Below are positions 21,301 through 28,633 of a stretch of 64,000 nucleotides of DNA, in pieces. The DNA lies in IMG/VR virus record IMGVR_UViG_3300044641_002725; one strand, written 5' to 3'. Source of the stretch: a virus. Positions within the stretch are counted from its first letter, which is position 1; the number at the start of each line of letters is the position of its first letter. The notes beneath the pieces were generated by a model. It did not search any database, was not told the origin of the DNA, and saw only the letters and a program-made list of their open reading frames with translations. The position numbers and the translations under genes are program-made.

Positions 21301-22503
21301 GCATTTCAGCTATGTCATTTTGGCAATGCCGGTTGCTGTTGCCATGCGTCCACAGCCGAATGTGATAACCGCTTTTTTCATCAATGTAATCCTGGAAACG
21401 CAAATTCTATCGGAATCGTTGTAGCACACCACCTCTTCGGCGCAACCGGGCCGCACCCAGGTTGCTTTGCGGCAGTTTATACTCCCAAAAACTGTAGTCA
21501 AGACATGACAACGTTTGATGAAACGTTCAACTTCTGTTATCTCATAGCACCACACAAAGATTTTTGTTTGGAAGGGCCATACTGCTTTAATAGAGCATGT
21601 GAGTGTTTTGGTCCTAATTGCTGTTTGAGTGTACCATGTTCTCCTTGTTGCCCTGCCTGTAATATTGTGCTTTGTTGTCAAACCGGCGTTTGTGGCGGCA
21701 CTTACTCGGCTGACCATCCAGTATGTAATTTTACTAGAGCCAACGGTTTCACCGCACAACATGTGTGTGTTAATCAGATTGATACTCACTATCCATGCTG
21801 TCAGACACCACCACGCCGTTGCTGTGCGGCCTTTGTGGGATGTTGTGGAATAGGCAATCATTTTAAAGTTGTGGCGAACAATAATTCAACGTTTCAATGT
21901 GCAATGCTTGTTTGCGTACATCAGGCATGTGGCTCATGCATTGCGGGCGGTGCCTACACTGGATGTTGTTTTTCTGACAGTCGCACATGTTGTAGAATGA
22001 TTCCTTATGATAGACTTATGAGAACGTGCAATCAAGCTGGCCCTAATTGTTTGTGGTTTGATTTTATATCAAGTGGTGTTCCTTCATGGGGCGCATGTAA
22101 CTCTTGCAATTATAGACCATGTAAATCATATTGGAATGCACAATATATGATGGATATAAGAGTTTCTTGTGCTGATACATGTTTCTGTTGCAACTGCCTC
22201 TGTTTTGCCGCCCAAGATCATCGTAAGAGATCAGGATTTCAACTTTATAGTGCATGTAATTCAACATACTTTGCCGTAGATTCCCTTTGTTATGAGGTGA
22301 TGCCTGCAACTCAAACAAGAGGTTCTGGAGCACCATTAAATACTCAAAATAGCGTACACATTGCATATTTTGATTTGACTCCATATAGATGTTCTGCCTC
22401 TGGTGGTGGTGGATTCTTTGCAAATGGTAATCCAAGCGGTACTGTGTCCGGATGTTCTTGCTGTTTGATGTTTACCAAAATAGATATGTTCTATAATCTA
22501 TAA
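18325..22503 (+). CDS. Extremely cysteine-rich putative fibre/receptor-binding protein (1392 aa)
   Basis: Uninterrupted ORF with GGAG Shine-Dalgarno and late promoters; about 145 Cys by hand count; flanked by fibre and fibre-assembly genes. Confidence 0.7.
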   Translation: MPVVRGIRVLNAISTGNTTPGCLDTLLSDGGRLADVTQVLSSPQYSCALAQSNTAAHTLVRSNNAMTALFANPIGSCIFYQTTNSRDDMLGSSCYYNYMMSFSTPEATNAFNHFGNTPCMINCAFASNTAFLATAVSSNSDITKMLTCNSCVSACFRGTACSIKEAVGTAGRAAFWLSDATALGCLTASGLSTALCTSGFTDTLNRDVACVMCTAAFQCCIFALSEPANTYTRLVCATNEIITKGACGENETSCNFARWSNTSFGICCMAKFLESGNTYFMDCFASFGSNRQRACLFCFCTTLTGSNPICPCGSLGSGLEQYGHRIIKSDVIGRGCYVENDPNAPHLYFPCGGFRQCPMTIANGSQLSNTEVEYLGRFIKCNYNVITHADCRFTMISPGFWNQSSAIACFRTCYTCSLDRTTANTSGLTLNCGLYYTTDNAATFNRLCVPLPACIFQQLCGNVCCQFTVRYALSTFACCNYVYTGWIITDCATNNGASGVCGPAYFKTGHSRMCLFANSQPNTASWTHFPDVPLPFYTVAFCDEYFAGVSPMRTDGYQTTLGIENQLCCQEAGQYAMMFSFGKVGGCVRISCDHFVRNTPAGLACFTPCTCCNACLSLPAATHCIYGRCYEDYFQGHGSGTLPYCLCQAPHVTCTDTCSILRHMINPTAASHTLIYKNPNNQADSKAFLVGWRSFAMLYGGTAGGSIATCTMLGARDQFHYYNCCTCRGQAEGTVGGCGYFRNTPGVNVWCYGSQANNTMQGTELDCTNALAIGGSACSWTNFTFANAKIIGCRLVLSGAYPPVMTMCACCASCDGTSGSTAVGTSEGAHIGGNFGCQNALGQTGHTTVFNTDGVVGTIVCCFESMYHQTPNSRGYDSTICNQVFHCSYCSGRCFCCNSGVCQCMGHAGQRHHFAAAILSDEAGLKTVNFYGSSNSVYSVPAFPNMPPMIACRPNCAHADYQNTTCYVSPAPTGSNIVRSDKSIFCVIDIGDAFQLCHFGNAGCCCHASTAECDNRFFHQCNPGNANSIGIVVAHHLFGATGPHPGCFAAVYTPKNCSQDMTTFDETFNFCYLIAPHKDFCLEGPYCFNRACECFGPNCCLSVPCSPCCPACNIVLCCQTGVCGGTYSADHPVCNFTRANGFTAQHVCVNQIDTHYPCCQTPPRRCCAAFVGCCGIGNHFKVVANNNSTFQCAMLVCVHQACGSCIAGGAYTGCCFSDSRTCCRMIPYDRLMRTCNQAGPNCLWFDFISSGVPSWGACNSCNYRPCKSYWNAQYMMDIRVSCADTCFCCNCLCFAAQDHRKRSGFQLYSACNSTYFAVDSLCYEVMPATQTRGSGAPLNTQNSVHIAYFDLTPYRCSASGGGGFFANGNPSGTVSGCSCCLMFTKIDMFYNL

Positions 22504-22516
22504 CGTGAATTAACAT

Positions 22517-22933
22517 ATGAAACTTATCGTAGAAAATAATCGTGTTATAGCAACAACATTTGATGGATATGAAGGACCTCAGCAATGGGTTTCTTCTCCA
22601 TCAGACTTTGTTGAGTCTAGAGCATTCGAATATACATATATTAATGGTGTTCTAGACTTACCAATGCTTCCATATCTTGAAATAGAAACACAAAGAAGAT
22701 TGGACACATTCGCACAAACAAGAGGATATGAAAATATCAATTCTGCAACGACATATATAAGTTCGTCAGTAACAAAATATAAGAATGAGGGTACATATGC
22801 CGCTACTGCTAGAGATAGCACTTGGTCTGCATTGTACCAAATCATCGATGATGCAACTGATGGTAGAAGAGAAAAGATTGTAAATTTTTCTGAAATTGAA
22901 TCTGAATTACCATCACTTGCTTGGCCAACATAA
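22517..22933 (+). CDS. Tail fibre assembly/chaperone-like protein
   Basis: QRRLDTFAQTRGYENINSATTY...RDSTWSALYQI...ELPSLAWP resembles fibre-assembly proteins of proteobacterial phages. Confidence 0.65.
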   Translation: MKLIVENNRVIATTFDGYEGPQQWVSSPSDFVESRAFEYTYINGVLDLPMLPYLEIETQRRLDTFAQTRGYENINSATTYISSSVTKYKNEGTYAATARDSTWSALYQIIDDATDGRREKIVNFSEIESELPSLAWPT

Positions 22934-22950
22934 AAAAATATCAAAAAGAC

Positions 22951-22979
22951 TTGACAAATTGAGTTATATATAGTATAGT
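22951..22979 (+). promoter_or_regulatory. sigma70-type promoter for the glycosyltransferase/carbamoyltransferase operon
   Basis: TTGACA-N17-TATAGT; the spacer contains a late-box-like TATATATA. Confidence 0.7.
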
Positions 22980-23027
22980 GTTTGATGTGAAGTAACACTA
23001 TTCATCTTGAAAGGATTATGAGATAAT

Positions 23028-23966
23028 ATGAAAAAAGTAATTTATATTGACGGTGGTGCAGGAAGAGCAATTGCGGCACTACCAGCACTTGAAAAATTAG
23101 TTAGAAACAAAAAACCAGAAGATGACATAAAAATTATTGTCATGGGATGGGACAATTTATATTGGGGCAATCAACTGCTTCAAGATATCACATTTAGTGC
23201 AGATACAAAAGGTATCTTTGATCTAGTCATTAAAGGCGCAGACAAACACATCAGCCCAGAACCATATAAAGTTCCAGAGTACTATAATCAAAAAGTATCT
23301 CTAGCGGAAGCGTTCGACATTGAAATCAATGGCACACATGACCATTCTGATTTACCTCCACTCAAGTTGTACACTAGCAAAGCAGAAGAAAAGAATGCCG
23401 CTAATATGATTGCAGACATAAAGATGCAACAGAAAAAAGACAAGACACTTGTGATTCAACCTTATGGTAGAAGTGCAAGAGTTGATCGTGCTGACATTAT
23501 CGATGATTCATCTAGAGGTCTTGATTCACACGCATACTTACGTTTAGTTAGAAAACTTTCAACAAAGTACAATCTTATTTTGTTTGCAGAGAAACCATTT
23601 CACCAGCCAGATGATAACTTCACCTTTAAACCTGAAATAGATTTAAGGTCATGGTCTGCTGTTATTGAAGCGGCTGATTATTTTGTTGGTTGTGATTCTG
23701 TCGGACAGCATATGGCAAGAGCGTTTAATAAGCCAGGAACTGTTTTCATCGGATCCACATTCGCAAAGAACGTTTCATATCCAGATTGGTTCAATATTTA
23801 CGAACGACCTGGAGTCGAAAAGAAATACTCTCCAATTCGTATTTCTGGTTTAGATTCACACTTAGCAGATAGATACAATGACAAGTGCATGGATTTATCT
23901 GATAAAGATGTAGACGAGTTGTTTATTTCAATTGTTAAAGATATAGAGAAGAAGGTAGGAAAATAA
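23028..23966 (+). CDS. Glycosyltransferase, GT9/heptosyltransferase-like (GT-B fold)
   Basis: N-terminal GGAGRAIAALPAL (cf. GxGDxxxxxP) and C-terminal ADYFVGCDSVGQHMARAFNKPGTVFIGST (cf. DSGxxHxAxAxxxPxxxxxGxT). Confidence 0.7.
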   Translation: MKKVIYIDGGAGRAIAALPALEKLVRNKKPEDDIKIIVMGWDNLYWGNQLLQDITFSADTKGIFDLVIKGADKHISPEPYKVPEYYNQKVSLAEAFDIEINGTHDHSDLPPLKLYTSKAEEKNAANMIADIKMQQKKDKTLVIQPYGRSARVDRADIIDDSSRGLDSHAYLRLVRKLSTKYNLILFAEKPFHQPDDNFTFKPEIDLRSWSAVIEAADYFVGCDSVGQHMARAFNKPGTVFIGSTFAKNVSYPDWFNIYERPGVEKKYSPIRISGLDSHLADRYNDKCMDLSDKDVDELFISIVKDIEKKVGK

Positions 23967-23967
23967 T

Positions 23968-25740
23968 ATGAGTTATAATATTTTAGGTATCAATCCTGGT
24001 CATAATGGTTCTGCGGCATTACTAGTTGATGGTGAAGTTGTATACTATGTTGAAGAAGAAAGATTAAGTCGTGCTAAGTATGATGGTAATCCATTCAGAG
24101 GCATGTTAGACATTATGCAGAAATGGCACGTTGATGAACTTGTCATTGCTGGTACTGGACAAGAAGAACATAAACTTCCGTGGACAGGTGAAGATGCGTA
24201 TACTGCGCTTGTTCGCAAATTCTATCCTAATGTAAAAGTACAAAGACTTGGAAATGAACATCACTTGGGTCATGCCGCATCTGCATTTTACAATTCTGGA
24301 TTTGAAACAGCAATTGCACTTATTGTAGATGGTGCTGGTTCACTCAAAAAAGAAAAAGTGGATGAGAAGAATGAAACTATCACAGCCGAAGGATATGAAA
24401 CAGAATCGATTTGGCATTGTGAATATCCAGGCAAATTTGCTTTAGTGCGAAAAGTTTATGGTAACAATGCCGGACCAAAAGTCGATACTGGAGTATTTGA
24501 TTTTGATGGTGGCGCAACAACTGTTACTAAAGCATACGAAGCAGTATCTCAGTACTTAGGCTTTGGTTTTATCGAAGCAGGTAAGACAATGGGACTTGCA
24601 CCATATGGTAAGTATGATGACAATATTCCTAGATTGTTTAATGGTAATAGGGGTTCAAAAGATGTTTTCATTCCTGCATATCCAGCGGGTGCTTACATCG
24701 ACCAAGGAAGATTTCCATATCTAAGACAATATGCAGATCCAAGAGATTGGCATAAAGACTCTGAAAAATTAACAACTGTTGAAAAGAATCTTGCTTGGCA
24801 TATTCAAAATGATACGCAACAGATAATTGGTGACTACATTGAACTTGCAGTTCAAGCTACAAAAGTAGAAAATATTGTTATCGCTGGTGGTTATGGTTTG
24901 AATTGCGTTGCAAACTATTACTTAAAGAAACGTTTTCCACATTTAAACATTTATGTTGAACCAGTCGCAAATGATGCTGGTACTGCAATTGGTGTTGCAA
25001 AACTTTCTTGGCACACTTCACAAAATGATAGTACAGTTCGCCCACAGAAAAGCATCTATTACGGACCTGAGTATTCAAAAGAATTGCTTGAGTATATCTT
25101 AGACGCAAACAAAGAAGCAATCAAAGTAACTCCTACTACAAAAGAAGAAGTTGCACAATTGATTGCTGATAAAAATATTGTTTCGATCTTTCAAGGTCGT
25201 TCTGAAGCTGGTCCTCGTGCATTGGGTAATCGTTCTATTCTTTATGATTCAAGAGATCCAGAAGGTAAAGACAAAGTTAATCTTGTCAAAGGTCGTGAAT
25301 GGTTTAGACCATTTGCAGGCTCTGTCTTGCTAGAAGACGCAAACGATTGGTTTGACATGGCTGGACTTGAAGAGTCTCCATTTATGATGTATGCAGTTAA
25401 TGTTGCCGCAGACAAAGTGAGTGAGATTCCGTGTGTTACACACGTTGATGAAACTTGTCGTGTGCAAACTGTTTCTGAAGAGAACAACAAGCATTACTAT
25501 GAATTGATTAAGGCATACAAAGACATTACTGGTGTTCCAGTTATCTTCAATACTTCATTCAATCTTGCTGGTCATCCTTTAGTTGAGACACTACAAGATG
25601 CATTGATGACAATCTTTAGTTCTAAACTAAAATATATCTACTTGCCTGAGTTAGGTGTTCTTGTCGAAAAGACAATTGATGATCCAACAGAGAAAGTTGA
25701 AGCTGAAGAAGTTGAAACAGAAACAGCAACTGAAGAATAA
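23968..25740 (+). CDS. O-carbamoyltransferase (NodU/CmcH/TobZ family)
   Basis: EEERLSRAK, HHLGHAASAF, DGAG, GKTMGLAPYG, GGYGLNCVAN, GPRALGNRS, REWFRPFA, NTSFN. Confidence 0.93.
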   Translation: MSYNILGINPGHNGSAALLVDGEVVYYVEEERLSRAKYDGNPFRGMLDIMQKWHVDELVIAGTGQEEHKLPWTGEDAYTALVRKFYPNVKVQRLGNEHHLGHAASAFYNSGFETAIALIVDGAGSLKKEKVDEKNETITAEGYETESIWHCEYPGKFALVRKVYGNNAGPKVDTGVFDFDGGATTVTKAYEAVSQYLGFGFIEAGKTMGLAPYGKYDDNIPRLFNGNRGSKDVFIPAYPAGAYIDQGRFPYLRQYADPRDWHKDSEKLTTVEKNLAWHIQNDTQQIIGDYIELAVQATKVENIVIAGGYGLNCVANYYLKKRFPHLNIYVEPVANDAGTAIGVAKLSWHTSQNDSTVRPQKSIYYGPEYSKELLEYILDANKEAIKVTPTTKEEVAQLIADKNIVSIFQGRSEAGPRALGNRSILYDSRDPEGKDKVNLVKGREWFRPFAGSVLLEDANDWFDMAGLEESPFMMYAVNVAADKVSEIPCVTHVDETCRVQTVSEENNKHYYELIKAYKDITGVPVIFNTSFNLAGHPLVETLQDALMTIFSSKLKYIYLPELGVLVEKTIDDPTEKVEAEEVETETATEE

Positions 25741-25765
25741 AAAAAGCCCCTTTTGGGGCTTTTTT
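25741..25765. terminator. Bidirectional rho-independent terminator
   Basis: AAAAAGCCCC-TTTT-GGGGCTTTTTT between convergent genes. Confidence 0.85.
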
Positions 25766-25766
25766 G

Positions 25767-26465
25767 TTATGCAAGAGAATTTGCAAAATCTAGTAGAGAG
25801 TTAAACGTCTTTGTTTTATTCTTTAACTCCTTATTTGCAAATGTATCTAGTTTAGACTCTACATCTTCATAACCAGGAGATTTAATTAGAATAGGTTTTG
25901 CATGTACAGAGTCGCCAGCTTTCAGATTATATAATTTGTTGCCTGCAAAGTATCCACCCTTGAATGCAACTTTCATATCATTCTCAGCACGTTTCATCAT
26001 ACCATTGTTTGGCATTGCAAACAAATCTTCTTTCATGTTGGATGTTGCATATAGAAGTCCGTCAATTGTAAAGATTCCAGCTTGACCAAAATAATTCATC
26101 AACTGTTGAACATTAGAATCTACTGCTTGAGTAGTTAATTTACCTTGACTGATTAGGGGTTCATTAAAGAATATGACAAGTTTATATCCTTTTAGACGAA
26201 TAGTACGAATTGCATCTAATGCACCAGGAAGTATTTCTATATCAGATGGATTAATAATAGGTTTAGTGTCATTTAAAATTACACCTCTATCAATACCAAT
26301 TGTTTCTTTAGGAAAATAAGTTGGCCAGTTTTGCTGTTGCTGAGGCATTTGTTGGCCATATGGTGAACTATAGTTTTGTTGTCCGTACGGTTGCATCTGT
26401 GGCATAGTAGGTGATGGTGGTTGACCACCAACGTTCATGCTTCTATCTATTGAAAATCTTCCCAT
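25767..26465 (-). CDS. gmhB: GmhB-like HAD protein (heptose bisphosphate phosphatase fold), catalytic motifs degenerate
   Basis: Aligns by eye to GmhB (ILPGALDAI, GYKLVIFFNE, IDGLLY, PNNGM, FAGNK) but lacks key residues; Q/P-rich N-terminal extension. Confidence 0.7.
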   Translation of the reverse strand: MGRFSIDRSMNVGGQPPSPTMPQMQPYGQQNYSSPYGQQMPQQQQNWPTYFPKETIGIDRGVILNDTKPIINPSDIEILPGALDAIRTIRLKGYKLVIFFNEPLISQGKLTTQAVDSNVQQLMNYFGQAGIFTIDGLLYATSNMKEDLFAMPNNGMMKRAENDMKVAFKGGYFAGNKLYNLKAGDSVHAKPILIKSPGYEDVESKLDTFANKELKNKTKTFNSLLDFANSLA

Positions 26466-26477
26466 TGTTAAATCCTC

Positions 26478-27392
26478 TCAAATCTTAAAAAATTCATTTA
26501 TACTTCTGAAATGCGTTTTAATTCCTGCATCTCTTAATTTAGTCATGTCAGCACACGTCCAATATTGATATTTTGTTTGATACTCTTTTGGAAAAGGAAC
26601 AGTTTCAACTTTAGCATTTTCTCTCTGTGCAATAATTTCAGCAACTCTAGCAAAAGATTCTGGTGCACCTGTGCCCAAATTAAAAATTCCACTATTCATT
26701 TTGTTGAATGCTAATTCTATTTTGGCTTGTACAATATCTTCAACACAAACGAAATCTCTGAATATACTTTCTGAGCCAGAGAATAATTTTATTTTTCCTG
26801 TTTCTCTTGCTTGAATAGTAAACTTGGTGATTGGGCTTGCTTGATCTTTCTTATGCAATTCATTTTCGCCATAAACATTGAAGTATCTTAGCCCTTGAAT
26901 GTTGAATTCAAACTTACTAGAGTATTCTGACTCCATCAATTTAATAATTTTTTTGTCAAACATATATTTAGAAAATGCATATGGTGTTTGTGGATACATT
27001 GAAGCAGATTCTGGCACTCTGAAGTTTGCGGGCATGTCACCGTAAACACTTGCACTAGATGCATATTGAAAAGGTATCTTATGTTCAAACGATTTTCTCA
27101 AAAGTTTTTCTGAGAATTCATAATTTCTTTTCATTAACAAAGTACCATTTGTTTCTCTAGTAGAAGAAATTGCACCTTCATGGAAAATAAACTTGACACT
27201 ATCCCAATCAGAGAATGTATCAAAAAATGAATCAACATCATAATAATCACCAAACGTTGTGCCGTTTAGATTCATCATCTTATTGCCATCAGTCAAATCA
27301 TCAACAACTATGATTTCTGATATGCCTCTTGCATTTAATGCTCTAATTAAATTTGATCCAATGAATCCAAATCCGCCAGTAACCAGTATCAT
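26478..27392 (-). CDS. hldD: ADP-L-glycero-D-manno-heptose 6-epimerase
   Basis: VTGGFGFIGSNL, FHEGAISST, YASSASVYG, YAFSK, LRYFNVYG, RDFVCVED, YQYWTCADMTKLRDAG. Confidence 0.92.
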   Translation of the reverse strand: MILVTGGFGFIGSNLIRALNARGISEIIVVDDLTDGNKMMNLNGTTFGDYYDVDSFFDTFSDWDSVKFIFHEGAISSTRETNGTLLMKRNYEFSEKLLRKSFEHKIPFQYASSASVYGDMPANFRVPESASMYPQTPYAFSKYMFDKKIIKLMESEYSSKFEFNIQGLRYFNVYGENELHKKDQASPITKFTIQARETGKIKLFSGSESIFRDFVCVEDIVQAKIELAFNKMNSGIFNLGTGAPESFARVAEIIAQRENAKVETVPFPKEYQTKYQYWTCADMTKLRDAGIKTHFRSINEFFKI

Positions 27393-27763
27393 TATTGTTC
27401 CTTGCTCTGCTGACTATCTCCAGGCAGAACACGATAATTATCTTGAACACTATCTGGTGTGGAGACTTCTATGATTGTGCCTTCTTCTAGGCAAATAACT
27501 TGATGTGGTTGTAGAGGACGATTACGCCAAACTTCTCCAGCTTTCAGCGTTACGTCATGCATACTTGCGTCTTTAGTCTCAATGAATTTAATCATAAATA
27601 AACCATCTAACACATACCAAGATTCATCTTTTTCAGCATGGAAGTGCATACTGAATTTTGCGCCTTTATTGAACTTCATCAATTTGCCGCAATACTTATC
27701 GTTGGTAGCCCAAATCAATTCGTGACCCCAACCCTTTTTCACAAAACCTTCTAGTCTTTCCAT
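27392..27763 (-). CDS. Cupin, sugar isomerase-like (mannose-6-phosphate/D-lyxose isomerase type)
   Basis: KGWGHE, SMHFHAEKDESWYV, PHQ, IEVST; GAGGTG Shine-Dalgarno before ATG 27763. Confidence 0.75.
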   Translation of the reverse strand: MERLEGFVKKGWGHELIWATNDKYCGKLMKFNKGAKFSMHFHAEKDESWYVLDGLFMIKFIETKDASMHDVTLKAGEVWRNRPLQPHQVICLEEGTIIEVSTPDSVQDNYRVLPGDSQQSKEQ

Positions 27764-27784
27764 ATTATTCACCTCGCTTATAAC

Positions 27785-27813
27785 ATTATACTTTATTTAG
27801 CACATTAAATCAA
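27785..27813 (-). promoter_or_regulatory. Composite sigma70/late promoter for cupin-hldD-gmhB
   Basis: Minus strand TTGATT-N17-TATAAT with CTAAATA embedded in the spacer. Confidence 0.65.
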
Positions 27814-27878
27814 GTGCGTTGGAGTGCAATTAATAAGAATGATAAATAGAAGATGAAATTCATAAGGGGCAAAAGTAA

Positions 27879-28628
27879 ATGAGTACAAGCAAACCAGCAA
27901 CAAGAGAAGAATTTAAGCAATTCTGCCTTAGAAGACTAGGTGCGCCTCTCTTAGAGATAAACGTAGCTGACGAACAAGTTGAAGACTGCATTGAGATTGC
28001 ATTTCAATATTACTACGATTACCACTATGACGCAACGGAAAAAGTCTATCTAGCACACGCAGTCACGCAAGATGACATAACAAACAAATACATCACATTA
28101 CCAGATTCTGTCATTGGTGTTATGAATATCTTTGACATTGGCGACAGTTATTCTACAAACAATCTTTTCAATTTGAGATATCAGATTTCTTTGAATGATT
28201 TGTATTCATTCAATACTGGTCCGTTTGCGCCATACTACATGGCATTTCAAAACGTTGCAATGGCAGAAGAACTGTTTGTGGGTAAACAATCCCTCAGATT
28301 CAATCGCCACATCAACAGAGTTTACATTGACATGTCTTGGGACACAAAAGTAACTATTGGTGAATTCATTATCATCGAAGGATATCAGAAGATTGATCCT
28401 GACACATTCACAGATGTATACAATGATAGATTCTTGCAGAAGTATTGTACCGCACAAATCAAAAAACAATGGGGTGAAAACCTTAAAAAGTTTGAGGGAC
28501 TTTCTATGCCAGGTGGTATTACGTTTAACGGACAGAAAATCTGGGATGAAGCTACAGATGAAATTCAAGCATTAGAAGCAGAAGTCATTAGCACGTATTC
28601 TCTACCTGTTACTGACATGCTAGGCTAA
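27879..28628 (+). CDS. gp13: Neck protein gp13
   Basis: PATREEFKQFCLRRLGAPLLEINV, KKQWGENLKKF, PGGITFNG. Confidence 0.93.
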   Translation: MSTSKPATREEFKQFCLRRLGAPLLEINVADEQVEDCIEIAFQYYYDYHYDATEKVYLAHAVTQDDITNKYITLPDSVIGVMNIFDIGDSYSTNNLFNLRYQISLNDLYSFNTGPFAPYYMAFQNVAMAEELFVGKQSLRFNRHINRVYIDMSWDTKVTIGEFIIIEGYQKIDPDTFTDVYNDRFLQKYCTAQIKKQWGENLKKFEGLSMPGGITFNGQKIWDEATDEIQALEAEVISTYSLPVTDMLG

Positions 28629-28633
28629 TCACA

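Noticed and set aside
18325-22503. Cys richness as an artefact of codon reassignment or wrong-frame translation
   Set aside because: Core genes translate correctly in the standard code with canonical catalytic Cys (EGCLS, PCxxC, CPTC); the ORF is open for 4.2 kb with a Shine-Dalgarno and late promoters, and alternative frames are short.
16236-22933. Diversity-generating retroelement acting on the fibre genes
   Set aside because: No reverse transcriptase and no template/variable repeat pair differing at adenines was seen in the window.
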